From positions 1 through 64,000 of the IMG/VR virus record IMGVR_UViG_3300010885_070871: a DNA stretch of 64,000 nucleotides. One strand, given 5' to 3'. Positions 9,462 through 19,718 of the stretch are shown piece by piece. The notes under the pieces are model-generated. The model worked only from the letters and a program-made list of their open reading frames with translations, searched no databases and was not told the origin of the DNA. The DNA is from a virus. Numbering within the stretch: the stretch's first letter is position 1; each line of letters starts with the position of its first letter. A program made the translations under genes and the position numbers.

Positions 9462-12003
9462 TCAATTTAAAAAACCTTACGGGGGATTAAATCCCATCTA
9501 CGAAAGTCTACTTTCTTCTGTAAATGAAGATAAAGACAAAAAACCGGTTGCTGTTGATGCCATAGGTACAGTAGTTAATATAATGAATACTTTTTTCTCT
9601 ATTCTTATGAATTCTCGAATGGAAAATGCTAAAACTGTAAGAGGATTTCAAGAGGTAAAGAATAAAATATTAGAGTGTAAAAGCATGGGAGCTCTAAGAC
9701 AATATTTGATTAGTTCTTTAGAATCTTTCAAGGCTTTAGACAAGGTACAAAAAGAAGCATACGATAAGAACATAAGATATGTTATGGATTCTTTTGCTTC
9801 AGTTGAACAAACTTTAGCTGATCCTAAAATTTTTGACAGTACAAAGAAAGATACTGTAATAAAAATTCTTAATAACTTTGAAGAGGATTTAAAACAGAGA
9901 GAATCTCAAATGAAAAAAACTAATCCTACTCTTTTCAATGAGGTAGTCAAAAAAGGATTAGTTGTTAAAGAATCTACACAAGACTCAGAAACAACCGACG
10001 TAGAAGCAGGAGAAGAAAGAGGAAAAGCTTTTAATAAATCTAAAGAATCTTTAGATGCTTCATCAGCTTTTGTAGGAATGATTGATAGGGATAAGTATAA
10101 CCCAGCATTAAAAGATAATGCAGACGTAAAAAGATACGAAAAAATAGCTTCTGATCTTTATAAAAAAGCTCAGGATCTACAAATGGTAGACAGAAAAGGA
10201 ATAAAAAATATTATTACTCCTTCAGGAGAGATAAAGAGAAGAGATTACCTTAGACAACAAGACAGTCTTATCAACGAAATTATAAGACAGAAAAAAGAAT
10301 ACACAAGAGTAAAAGACGGAGTTTTAAAAAATGCTGGTGCATCTAATGTTATAGCTCCCCCAGTTGAAAGTGTTTGTCCTCCAGACCATGTTTTTGATAT
10401 TGCTTCTGGTGGTTGTATTCCGGTTAAAAAACAGGAAGAAGTTAAACCTACTCCTGCACCGGTTAAAACTAAAGATTGTACTTTCCCTGTAACTTTAAAT
10501 ACTAAATGTAGTCAAATTGGAGAGATTCAATCTAAATTAATGGTTATTGCTCCATCTGTTAAATCGTACTTAAGTAAAAAAGGTGGTTCAGATAATGTTT
10601 ACGGAAAAGGTACGGCAACAGTTTGTAATATTATTTGGGGATATCTTTCTAACAACTCAGGTCAATCTTTAACAGGGGATTTAACTAAAGAAATGTATGA
10701 TGCTATCATGGCACTTACTGAAAATGATATAGACACATCAACAGCTACTGTACTAGGAGCTATAAAAGATAATAGATCAGAAGAAATCTCTATAGATCTT
10801 AAAATTCAAGAGATGGAAAATGTAAAAGAGTCTTCAGTTTTATCTTTTGAAGATTTTTATTCAGTAATAGAGGAATCATATTATTTTTCTAAAATTGACG
10901 AAGAAACTATAGAAGGAAAAGATGGTGGAGGCGTTAAAAATGCTCCAGGAAAAAATTTACCAAAAAAGATAAAAGATTCTTGTATTAAAGATTCAATTGC
11001 TCAAGGTAAAGTAGTACCATGCGATGGTAGTACTGATCCTAAAAAAGATGAAGAAGAAAAAAAGGACGAAGAAAAAATACCACCAACAAGAGATGAATGG
11101 AAAGGTATTAAATACCCAGAAACTGGGACTTATCCAGTTGCTTTTGATGAAAGTTTATTAAGTGCTTGGTCTAAAGAAGTAGCATTAACAGCTATAAGCT
11201 TTGCTATTCCTGGATCAGGATATTTAGCTAAGGCTGGAACATCCTCATTAAAAGCAATAGCAAACAGAGGTGTTGCTATGACTGCAAAAGAATTTGCTAA
11301 AAAAGTTTCTGCTAGATCTTTTGCATCGTGGAATTCTAAACAAGCAGCAAAATGGTTTGCTAAATATAAAGCAATACCTATCATAGGAAGAACATCTGCA
11401 GGACTAATAGGAGGAACAGTTGGTTCAGGAGTAGCAGATTTTATATCAGGAAGAAACTCATTTATTATTACTATAGTTGATGGTTACATTGAAAGAAACA
11501 ATCTACTAGGAATGGTAGGAGGTTTAGTTGATACATTAGATGGATATGTAAGTGACGAAGATTTAGCATGTATAGCAACAGTACTTTCAGTTGTTAAAGG
11601 ATCTTGGACAATATCTAATGATGGTACACCAATCTCTGCTTGGGGAGAAATCAAAAAATTATATTTACAACAAGAAGGAGAAGATCTTTCAGCAGATATA
11701 AATTCAATATCTTCTAAGATGGGAGACGTAGAAGGCTTTCCTTCAATTAAAGCTAATAATCCTCTTATTAAAATATCAGATATTCCTTGGGGATCTGCTC
11801 TTGCAGAAGTGAAAGATTTTGTTGCTAAATTAGATGCTAATGAGTCAACTATTAAACAAAATATTTCTAAGCTTCCTGAAGATTACGTGAAGGCTCACGA
11901 AGAAGGAGCATACGAAGATGTTACACCTGAAGAATTAGCTTCTGGAAAAAAATCTGATAGCAAAGATACTGAAGACGAATTAGAAGTAGAAGAAATAGAA
12001 TAA
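9454..12003 (+). CDS. large putative internal head/ejection protein with peptidoglycan-binding-like segment
   Basis: 849 aa, directly upstream of the prohead protease; IQSKL...SDNVYGKGT resembles PG_binding_1; Gly-rich hydrophobic stretch. Confidence 0.5.
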   Translation: MNNQFKKPYGGLNPIYESLLSSVNEDKDKKPVAVDAIGTVVNIMNTFFSILMNSRMENAKTVRGFQEVKNKILECKSMGALRQYLISSLESFKALDKVQKEAYDKNIRYVMDSFASVEQTLADPKIFDSTKKDTVIKILNNFEEDLKQRESQMKKTNPTLFNEVVKKGLVVKESTQDSETTDVEAGEERGKAFNKSKESLDASSAFVGMIDRDKYNPALKDNADVKRYEKIASDLYKKAQDLQMVDRKGIKNIITPSGEIKRRDYLRQQDSLINEIIRQKKEYTRVKDGVLKNAGASNVIAPPVESVCPPDHVFDIASGGCIPVKKQEEVKPTPAPVKTKDCTFPVTLNTKCSQIGEIQSKLMVIAPSVKSYLSKKGGSDNVYGKGTATVCNIIWGYLSNNSGQSLTGDLTKEMYDAIMALTENDIDTSTATVLGAIKDNRSEEISIDLKIQEMENVKESSVLSFEDFYSVIEESYYFSKIDEETIEGKDGGGVKNAPGKNLPKKIKDSCIKDSIAQGKVVPCDGSTDPKKDEEEKKDEEKIPPTRDEWKGIKYPETGTYPVAFDESLLSAWSKEVALTAISFAIPGSGYLAKAGTSSLKAIANRGVAMTAKEFAKKVSARSFASWNSKQAAKWFAKYKAIPIIGRTSAGLIGGTVGSGVADFISGRNSFIITIVDGYIERNNLLGMVGGLVDTLDGYVSDEDLACIATVLSVVKGSWTISNDGTPISAWGEIKKLYLQQEGEDLSADINSISSKMGDVEGFPSIKANNPLIKISDIPWGSALAEVKDFVAKLDANESTIKQNISKLPEDYVKAHEEGAYEDVTPEELASGKKSDSKDTEDELEVEEIE

Positions 12004-12009
12004 TAATTA

Positions 12010-12017
12010 GATATATA
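12010..12017 (+). promoter_or_regulatory. candidate late promoter GATATATA
   Basis: Lies 16 nt upstream of the protease ATG; the same octamer precedes at least 8 genes. Confidence 0.6.
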
Positions 12018-12033
12018 AAATAATAATTAAAAA

Positions 12034-14091
12034 ATGAAAGATCAAGACTACGTATTAATACTAGAGAAATCATCAAAAAACCTTTCAGTTAGTAGAGAGG
12101 GAGGAGATTATTTCTTGGAAGGTACAGCTGCAGTTTTCGGAGTAGAAAACTCAAATCATAGGATATATGAAGAAAAAGAATATCTTCCACACCTTGATTA
12201 TCTAACAAAGAAAATAGAGCAAAATAGATTAGTTGGTGAATTAGATCACCCTAAAGAATTTGATGTTTCACTTAAGAATATATCACATTTAATTACTGAT
12301 CTTAACTACGATAAAGATAATAGAACAGTTAAAATAAAAGTTAAACTATTAGATACGCCAGCAGGTAAAATAGCTAAAAGTTTAGTTGATGCTGGTATTC
12401 CTATTTCTATCTCTTCTAGAGCAGCAGGTAATGTAAAAGAAAACAAAAAAGTTGAAATTAAAAAGATTTTCACTTACGATTTAGTAGCAGATCCTGGTTT
12501 TGAAAATGCTCAATTAGAAAGAGTAGAAGAGAGCCAAGGATTATACGAAAGTCTAGGATTTGCTGATTTTGCAAAAAATCAAAAGTCTTCAGTAATTTCT
12601 TCACTTGATTTAATAAATGAAAGTTTAGGATTGAGAAAAAATTCTAATACTAAGATATATAGGATTAATGACACAGAGAAAATTACAAAACTCTTAAAAG
12701 AAAACATAAATAATATAAAGAATATGGACAATAACTTTGTCACAGCAGAAGAGCTAAATGAGTACTCACTCATTCTTAAAAAAGAAATGGATTCGTTAAA
12801 AAGCGAAATGAAATCTATTTCAAAAACAAGATCTATTAATGAAAGTTCAGATGCTAGTGATTCTGGTTTAAACGAAAGAATCTCTAGACTTGAAAAATAT
12901 TCTGAGTATCTTGCAGAAAATTTAGAATCTGCTATAAAGTATGGCGATTATATTGCTGAGAATTTAGAAGGATCTATTTCTTATAATAAGTATCTTGCTG
13001 AGAATTTAGATAAAGCTATTTCTTATGCTAAATATTTAGCAGAGCATGTTGATGGTAACATTACATATTCTGAATATATTGCTGAGAACTTAGATAAGAA
13101 TATTTCTTATAGCAAATACTTAGCAGAGAACTTAGACAAGAATATTACTTATTCAGAATATCTTGCTGAGAATTTAGATAAGAACATTTCTTATTCTGAA
13201 TATCTTGGTGAAAACTTAGACAAGAATATTTCTTATTCAGAATATCTTGCTGAGAACTTAGATAAGAACATTTCTTATTCAGAATATTTAGCTGAAAAAT
13301 TAGACAGAAACATTTCTTACTCTGATTATTTAGCTGAGAACTTAGATAAAAACATTTCTTATTCTGATTATTTAGGAGAAAAATTAAATGGTAACATTAA
13401 CTACTCTGAATATATTGCTGAGAAAGTAAAATCTAATATTGAATATTCAGAATATCTTGCTGAATCAATCAATAACAAAGGAGTTACTAAAAATCAAATG
13501 ATCAATAAAGTTAATGAATCTATAAACGAAGGAAAAAGAACTTCAGGATTTGCTGGAGATTATAATTCACTTTCTTCTAAAGTAGATAAACTTATTGAAT
13601 CTGTAACTACAAACAAACAAGATCAAATTATTAACGAAAATAAATACTCTTTCTTAAAACTTGTTGATGACAACACTAAGAAAGGATTTTTAACACTAAA
13701 CGAGGCCGAAAAACAAAAGGTCACTAAAGCTCTTAATGAGCAGAATTACAATTCGGGTACGGATGTAGTTCAAATTATGGGATCCGCACTAGCTGAACAA
13801 AATGCTTCAGGAGTGAAATTCCTCGATATGATGCCAGAAGATTTAAAAACTGTTTGGGAATCTTTAAATGAATCGCATAGAGCTTCTATTGTTGCTCAAA
13901 GCAAATTCTATAAATTAGATACCTCTTATCAGATTAATCACTTCTGGAGAACAAGAGGTCTTTCTGCACCAAAAGCAAATTTAGAAAGAATAGAGGAATC
14001 TCAAAATCCAAATCCAGCGGTTAATACCGGCATTAGCAATAGCTATATGCAGAATATTGCAGCTGAATTGGATAAAAGATTTAAAAAATAA
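12034..14091 (+). CDS. gp21: prohead core protease (T4 gp21-like) fused to a scaffold-like coiled-coil domain
   Basis: NSNHRIY, GELDHP, DTPAGKI, ISSRAAG and YDLVADPG motifs; directly upstream of the major capsid gene. Confidence 0.9.
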   Translation: MKDQDYVLILEKSSKNLSVSREGGDYFLEGTAAVFGVENSNHRIYEEKEYLPHLDYLTKKIEQNRLVGELDHPKEFDVSLKNISHLITDLNYDKDNRTVKIKVKLLDTPAGKIAKSLVDAGIPISISSRAAGNVKENKKVEIKKIFTYDLVADPGFENAQLERVEESQGLYESLGFADFAKNQKSSVISSLDLINESLGLRKNSNTKIYRINDTEKITKLLKENINNIKNMDNNFVTAEELNEYSLILKKEMDSLKSEMKSISKTRSINESSDASDSGLNERISRLEKYSEYLAENLESAIKYGDYIAENLEGSISYNKYLAENLDKAISYAKYLAEHVDGNITYSEYIAENLDKNISYSKYLAENLDKNITYSEYLAENLDKNISYSEYLGENLDKNISYSEYLAENLDKNISYSEYLAEKLDRNISYSDYLAENLDKNISYSDYLGEKLNGNINYSEYIAEKVKSNIEYSEYLAESINNKGVTKNQMINKVNESINEGKRTSGFAGDYNSLSSKVDKLIESVTTNKQDQIINENKYSFLKLVDDNTKKGFLTLNEAEKQKVTKALNEQNYNSGTDVVQIMGSALAEQNASGVKFLDMMPEDLKTVWESLNESHRASIVAQSKFYKLDTSYQINHFWRTRGLSAPKANLERIEESQNPNPAVNTGISNSYMQNIAAELDKRFKK
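12892..13464 (+). repeat. about 14 x 42-bp repeats encoding ISYSEYLAENLDKN
   Basis: Read directly in DNA and protein. Confidence 0.95.
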
Positions 14092-14102
14092 ATCAAAAAA
14101 CA

Positions 14103-15875
14103 ATGCAACTCTTAAATCAAAACGAGATCTACGAATCATGGTCTCCAATCATCGAGAGCAAGACCGGCATTACTGATCGTACAAAAGTTGAATGGCTTTC
14201 TAAATATTGTCACTTCCACTCATTAAACGAATCTGCTGGAGCTTATAACTCTCTTTCTGTACTAAACGGCATGAGCTCAGTTCAGCCTGCTGGTAACTAC
14301 TCAGGTGGTGCTGCTGATAACGGTACTTATGGTAATGGTTTCTATTACAATAATACTTACAATGCAGGACGTCCTTACGTAGGTTCTGGTGATAAATTCC
14401 CATCATTACTTCCATTGGCTATTCAGGTAGCTGCTAAAACCGTAGGTTTTGACATCGTTCCTGTTATTCCAATGAGCGGTCCAACTGGGGTATTATCTTA
14501 CCTAGACTATGTTTATGCTGGTGGTACTTTAGCTGGTTCATCTGCAGATAGTAGTACTAACTTTACTACAAACACTCCTGATATGATTAAAGTTCCTATC
14601 GGTGTTGCTTCTCCAGTATTTGGTACTTTAACAGTAGGTGCTTATTACATTATTTATGTAACTAGTGCTAACCCTGCTATTGATTCTGCTAAAGGTCAAT
14701 TCGTTGGATATTCACGTATCGACGGTTTCCCTATCTTCAGAATTACTGCAATGACTACTGGTAATTCTATTGCTTCTGTTGTTACTGCAGCTTCTGAAAT
14801 CTTATTAGCTTCTTCTCAAGCAGATGATCAGACTATGACTACTGCAGGTTCTGTTTTAGCTTTCTCTGGCGGTAACGCAGTTTTAGTTAAAACTTTAGAA
14901 GATCACATCCAAGGTTTCTCTGGTGCTGGTGCTAATAACACTAACAACTGGCAAGGTCCTTATGTAGACGGTACTCAAAACTACGATCCAATGAACAGAG
15001 GAGTAGGTGAGTCTAACTACTATAAGTCTTTAGGTCTTTCTACATTCACTAAGTTCGTTGAAGCTGGTACTTTCCAAGTTGCTGCTTCTGTTACTACTGA
15101 GCAAATCCAAGATCTTAACAAGCAATTCGGTATCGACGTAGTTTCTATGATCGAGAACGCTCTTGTTAATGAGGTTTCTCAAGCTATTAACAAGCACATC
15201 TTATCAAGAGGTTTTGCTTTAGGTTGGTCAAATCACTCTCAATTCTTAGTAACTGAGGGAACTAACTTAAACTTAAACTTAGTAATTGGTGGTGTTTCTA
15301 CAGGTTACAACGTTCCTAACTATGTAGGTAAAACAGGTCAAGCTTTATCTGGTTCTTCTAAGCCAGGTTCAGTAGCTGGTCCAGTTTCAGGTACTTTTGA
15401 GAACTTATCAACAGTTCAAAGAAGACTTTACAGCCGTATCTTAGCAGCTGCTAACGTAGTAGCTAATAGAGGTCGTAGAGGTCCTGCTAACTTCATCGTT
15501 ACAAACTCTCAAATTGCGTCTGCTTTACAAGACATCAGTCAGTTTACATTCGCTCCTTTCACAAACACTCTTACTCAGAACAATGGTACACTTTACCCAG
15601 TAGGTTCACTTGCTGGTATGACTGTGTATGTTGATCAGAACATGTCATTCGGTGACACTAGAGTATTAGTTGGACGTAAAGGTGCTGATGATGAACCAGG
15701 TTTAAAATTCATGCCTTACATGATGGCAGAATCTATTCAGACAATCTCTGAAGGAACTATGTCACCAAAAATCGCAGTTAAGTCTAGATATTCTTTAGTA
15801 GAAGCTGGACACTTACCTGAGACTATGTACTTCTGCTTCCATGTTAATACTGGATCAGCTACTTCTATCATCTAA
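14103..15875 (+). CDS. gp23: major capsid protein (T4 gp23-like)
   Basis: VPVIPMSGPTG, EQIQDL, GRRGPANFIVTNS, VYVD, FMPY and PKIAVKSRY motifs. Confidence 0.93.
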   Translation: MQLLNQNEIYESWSPIIESKTGITDRTKVEWLSKYCHFHSLNESAGAYNSLSVLNGMSSVQPAGNYSGGAADNGTYGNGFYYNNTYNAGRPYVGSGDKFPSLLPLAIQVAAKTVGFDIVPVIPMSGPTGVLSYLDYVYAGGTLAGSSADSSTNFTTNTPDMIKVPIGVASPVFGTLTVGAYYIIYVTSANPAIDSAKGQFVGYSRIDGFPIFRITAMTTGNSIASVVTAASEILLASSQADDQTMTTAGSVLAFSGGNAVLVKTLEDHIQGFSGAGANNTNNWQGPYVDGTQNYDPMNRGVGESNYYKSLGLSTFTKFVEAGTFQVAASVTTEQIQDLNKQFGIDVVSMIENALVNEVSQAINKHILSRGFALGWSNHSQFLVTEGTNLNLNLVIGGVSTGYNVPNYVGKTGQALSGSSKPGSVAGPVSGTFENLSTVQRRLYSRILAAANVVANRGRRGPANFIVTNSQIASALQDISQFTFAPFTNTLTQNNGTLYPVGSLAGMTVYVDQNMSFGDTRVLVGRKGADDEPGLKFMPYMMAESIQTISEGTMSPKIAVKSRYSLVEAGHLPETMYFCFHVNTGSATSII

Positions 15876-15896
15876 TTGATATAAGTATATCACTCT

Positions 15897-15926
15897 AAAA
15901 AAGGCCTCCCGTAAGAGGCCTTTTTT
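15897..15926 (+). terminator. intrinsic (possibly bidirectional) terminator
   Basis: aaaaaaGGCCTC-ccgtaa-GAGGCCtttttt after the capsid stop. Confidence 0.9.
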
Positions 15927-15971
15927 ATTTTTATAGGGATCAAAAGGATATATAGATAAAAATGAATATCC

Positions 15972-16925
15972 ATGTTATTTGAAAATATTAATCAATACAA
16001 TAAAGCTAAAAATGTTCTAATAGAGTCAGAAGGAGATATTGAATTAGCTCTTGAGTCTTTAAAAAAAGATAATTCTTTCTCAGATATGAGTGAAAATGAG
16101 CTTTATGATTCATTAAAAGGATTAAAAGAAGGATTAGGTGATAAGTTGCTTAATTTATTCAGTGGTGCTTTAGGTGGAGATATATCAAAAATTAAGACTG
16201 TTCTTTCACAGATGAAAGATCAAGAACTTAAATTCAACAGGGAAGAATTAGAAATAAATAAAGAATTTCTTAGTAGTCTTCAAGACGAGGAAGCTCTCCA
16301 AAAAGATAAATCAAATCCAGATTATCAAAATTTAATGAATTCTATAAAAACAAATAGGAATTCTTTAAATAACAGATACAAAGATTTACAAAAAATGTAT
16401 GACGACATTTTTAATGCTTTAGAACAAAAAGTAAAAGATTTAACAGAAAATAGCACAAGAAAGAAAAAATTCTTTAATGCTCAAAGAGCAATAGATGTTA
16501 TCGAAACTGCACAAGACAGATATGAAAAAAGAAAATCTGTAAATCCAGGAAAAAAATCAAAAGATCTAGAAGACTTTTTTGGACTAAGCTCTGATAAATT
16601 AAAAAAAGATGTCGAAAAAGCTAAAGACAAAGCTAAAAAATCTGAAGAAACTTTAACTGCAGTTCCTCCAAGTAAAAAAGGAAGAAGCGTTTACGACGAA
16701 GATCCTGAAAAGGGATTTTATTTTGATTTTTTACAAACTCAAAATTCTCCAGGTGGTTTTACTTCTAAAAGAAAATACTTAAAAAAGATTTTAAAAGATA
16801 TAGAAGACGAGGTAAATTCATCTGGATTTAAAAGTTATAGTGGAGAAAAACAAAACGATATTCTCAATATTAGATCTATGGTACAGGATTACTATAACAG
16901 AAAAGAAAAAGAAGATAGAGGATGA
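15972..16925 (+). CDS. hypothetical coiled-coil protein (probable head-associated)
   Basis: K/E-rich 317-aa ORF; GATATATA at 15947-15954. Confidence 0.65.
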   Translation: MLFENINQYNKAKNVLIESEGDIELALESLKKDNSFSDMSENELYDSLKGLKEGLGDKLLNLFSGALGGDISKIKTVLSQMKDQELKFNREELEINKEFLSSLQDEEALQKDKSNPDYQNLMNSIKTNRNSLNNRYKDLQKMYDDIFNALEQKVKDLTENSTRKKKFFNAQRAIDVIETAQDRYEKRKSVNPGKKSKDLEDFFGLSSDKLKKDVEKAKDKAKKSEETLTAVPPSKKGRSVYDEDPEKGFYFDFLQTQNSPGGFTSKRKYLKKILKDIEDEVNSSGFKSYSGEKQNDILNIRSMVQDYYNRKEKEDRG

Positions 16926-17788
16926 CATTCATTAAAAAAATAGACGAATTTAATACTGTAAACGAAGGTTTTTTTAAATCCTTGTTTGGTGGTATAGGAG
17001 ATATTTTTAAATCGAAAAAATCTAAATTATCATCGATACTTAAACAAATAGGTAGGGTTAAAAATGAAGAGGCTGATGAGCTTATAAAGATAGAAAAAGA
17101 GATAGCTGAATTACCAAAAGAAAATACACCAGAATACAGGTATTACTCTACTAATCTAAATAGACAATCTAGGATTCTTAAATCAATGAAAGCGGTTGAA
17201 GTGAATAACTTAATAAAAGAAGCAGAGGAAATAATAGATGAGGATCCAAAACTTTACGCATACTTCTCTTCCGAATTTGCAAAAATAAACAAAGAAAGTA
17301 AAGAGAAATACATTAAAGGTGTTTCTACTTATCTTAATAAGAGTGATTTAAAGGATTTAGTTGACGAGTTTGAAAGATTAGTAAAGGATGCCAATTATAG
17401 ATCCAAATATTACGAAGATTATCCAGAACAGGAAATAGGAGATATTTACCCAGAGGTAAAAGAGAATATTAAAAATTTTATAGATATGAGTCCTCAACAA
17501 TCTAAAGACATTCTTGATAATTTAGATTATAAGGAATTAAAAAACCTTTATTCAGGAATTAAAGAATTTCAGTTTGATATGGAACAGATATTGGATAACA
17601 AAATATCATCTATAAGAATACAAATTAAAAAATCTGAAAAAGAAGGAGATAGTGGTATAATACCATATCTTAGAAGGAAAGAGTCTTTAATTAAATATGA
17701 ATACAAAGAGTATATAAATTTAATAAAGTCTAAAACTGCTTTAATAGAAAAAGAAATGAAAAATAAAAGATATGTCTCTAATAATTAA
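16922..17788 (+). CDS. hypothetical coiled-coil protein (probable internal head protein)
   Basis: N-terminus MTFIKKIDEFNTVNE; ATGA overlap. Confidence 0.65.
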   Translation: MTFIKKIDEFNTVNEGFFKSLFGGIGDIFKSKKSKLSSILKQIGRVKNEEADELIKIEKEIAELPKENTPEYRYYSTNLNRQSRILKSMKAVEVNNLIKEAEEIIDEDPKLYAYFSSEFAKINKESKEKYIKGVSTYLNKSDLKDLVDEFERLVKDANYRSKYYEDYPEQEIGDIYPEVKENIKNFIDMSPQQSKDILDNLDYKELKNLYSGIKEFQFDMEQILDNKISSIRIQIKKSEKEGDSGIIPYLRRKESLIKYEYKEYINLIKSKTALIEKEMKNKRYVSNN

Positions 17789-18071
17789 ACTAGATAATTT
17801 TTCTAAAGTATCCGAACAACAAAAAACACCTGAACAAAAGACAAAGGATCTACAGGCGAAGGCTAATATAGATAAAGAGCTTTTAGAAATAAATAAAAGA
17901 ATCTCAGATATAGACCTTGCAATAGCAAATCTTGCTAAAAGGGAAAAAGACGGATCTCTTTCTAGGAGTGAATCTTTTAAGCAACAAGCAGTAGAGCTTC
18001 AGAAAAAAGTAGCAGAATATTCAAAAAAATCTGTTTCTCTTAAAAAAATGGAAGACCTAACTAAAAAATAA
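17772..18071 (+). CDS. hypothetical coiled-coil protein
   Basis: 99 aa; N-terminus MSLIIKLDNFSKVSE. Confidence 0.6.
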   Translation: MSLIIKLDNFSKVSEQQKTPEQKTKDLQAKANIDKELLEINKRISDIDLAIANLAKREKDGSLSRSESFKQQAVELQKKVAEYSKKSVSLKKMEDLTKK

Positions 18072-18083
18072 GATATATAAAAA

Positions 18084-18614
18084 ATGAAAAAAGAATTTTA
18101 CAATCCACTTTTTGAATCATTATTAGATACAGCCAAAGAATATAAAACTGTATATAATTATAGAATTCACGAGGAAGCAAACGAAAAATTTAAAGACAAG
18201 GATCAGGCTTTAAAATATTTTAAGATGATATTTGATTCATGGGGTAATGCAGTAATAGCATTTACTAAAAGCTGTTTAATACCTGATGTAAAAAGTGAAA
18301 TCTCTAAACAGGTTTCAGAAAATATTATAAAACTTGGTACTTCATCTAATTCTTCTTTAGATAACATAATAAAAGTATTAAAAGAAAGCTCAGATGTTAT
18401 ATCAGAAAAAATTTCTGGTCAAAATAAAAGCGAAACAATTAAAATTGTTTACAAGAATTTTGAAGAGGGTGTTGGTTCTTTAGAAGAAGCTTATACTGCT
18501 TATAAAGAAAGAGCAGGTAGTATGTTAACAGATAGTGATTTATTAGCTAAAATAAATTCACATATCCAGAGTTACGTAGAACAGATTAAAAAAAATCAAG
18601 AGAAGAAAAAATAA
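18084..18614 (+). CDS. hypothetical protein
   Basis: 176 aa; GATATATA at 18072-18079; YNPLFESL resembles LNPIYESL of the 849-aa protein. Confidence 0.65.
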   Translation: MKKEFYNPLFESLLDTAKEYKTVYNYRIHEEANEKFKDKDQALKYFKMIFDSWGNAVIAFTKSCLIPDVKSEISKQVSENIIKLGTSSNSSLDNIIKVLKESSDVISEKISGQNKSETIKIVYKNFEEGVGSLEEAYTAYKERAGSMLTDSDLLAKINSHIQSYVEQIKKNQEKKK

Positions 18615-18621
18615 ATTAAAC

Positions 18622-19668
18622 ATGAAAAATTTAAGTAACACATATTCAAAGCTTACAGAAAGCATGAAATCTTCTGACAGAAAAGAAATTTTTGAAGATA
18701 AAGACGAGAGAGAGAAAAGAAGGGAAGAAAGAAGAAAAAAAAGATTGGAAAAAGGATTCGGAGATAAAGAACAAGGTGGGGAAGACGATGAATTCAATCT
18801 TAAATCTTTTAAAAAAGCAGTAGATGAATTGAGAGGTCAATCCTATGCTCAAGAAGATGATTGTGCTTTACAGATTAAATTAAACGGTCCTGGAAAAAAA
18901 TCAGCAGAAGAGAATGCTTCTAAATTTCGTTCTATTTCACAAAGATGTTCCAAGCTTCTAGGAGAAATTGCATATCGAATTAATAAAGAAGGAAAAAGAT
19001 TAGAATCAACTGATGAAGAGGATATGACCTTAATAAAGTCGTATAGAGAAACATATAATGATTTAGTAGAAGATCTTAAAGAAACAATAAAAAGCTACAA
19101 TAAACAAAGTGCAGATTCGGTTAAAGGTTTTTTTGATAATCAAAAATTTAAAGATATTGCAGGAAAGGTAGAAGAAGCCGATGCAAAATTTAAAAAAGGT
19201 ATAAATGAATTAATAGATAAAACAACTGATATTCAATTAGAATATGGACAAGGGTTATCTGTTTTATCCCCTACAGCAGCACCAGCAGGAGCAGCAGCAC
19301 CAGCAGGAACAGCAGATACTGGAGCAACTGACATTAAGATAAAAGAACCAGTTAAAAAAGGTACAGGTTCAAAATCTAATCCTGATGAAACGGTTAAAAA
19401 AGTTCAGGAGCTTATTAATAAAAAATTCAAGAACGATAAAGAGGTAACAAAAACCGCAGAATGGGAAAAATTTTCTAAATATGGTGCAGATGGAGCTTTT
19501 GGTAATACAACAGGAAATTTAATTATATTAATAAAGAAAAAATTTAATTTACCTGCAAAAAATTCTCAAATCACACAAGAATTCATTGACAAACTTATGG
19601 AAATAAAAGAATCTAAATTTAGTGGGTCATTACTTTCTTTTGAGGACTTTTTAAGCAACAGAAAATAA
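18622..19668 (+). CDS. hypothetical protein with C-terminal peptidoglycan-binding-like domain
   Basis: Ala/Pro linker followed by VKKVQELI...GADGAFGNTT. Confidence 0.55.
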   Translation: MKNLSNTYSKLTESMKSSDRKEIFEDKDEREKRREERRKKRLEKGFGDKEQGGEDDEFNLKSFKKAVDELRGQSYAQEDDCALQIKLNGPGKKSAEENASKFRSISQRCSKLLGEIAYRINKEGKRLESTDEEDMTLIKSYRETYNDLVEDLKETIKSYNKQSADSVKGFFDNQKFKDIAGKVEEADAKFKKGINELIDKTTDIQLEYGQGLSVLSPTAAPAGAAAPAGTADTGATDIKIKEPVKKGTGSKSNPDETVKKVQELINKKFKNDKEVTKTAEWEKFSKYGADGAFGNTTGNLIILIKKKFNLPAKNSQITQEFIDKLMEIKESKFSGSLLSFEDFLSNRK

Positions 19669-19718
19669 AATAATTCGGAATTTTTAATTAATTTAGGGGT
19701 ATAATCAAATAAAAGGTT

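Noticed and set aside
19276-19305. Duplicated 15-bp gcagcaccagcagga
   Set aside because: It encodes an ordinary Ala/Pro linker (AAPAG x2).
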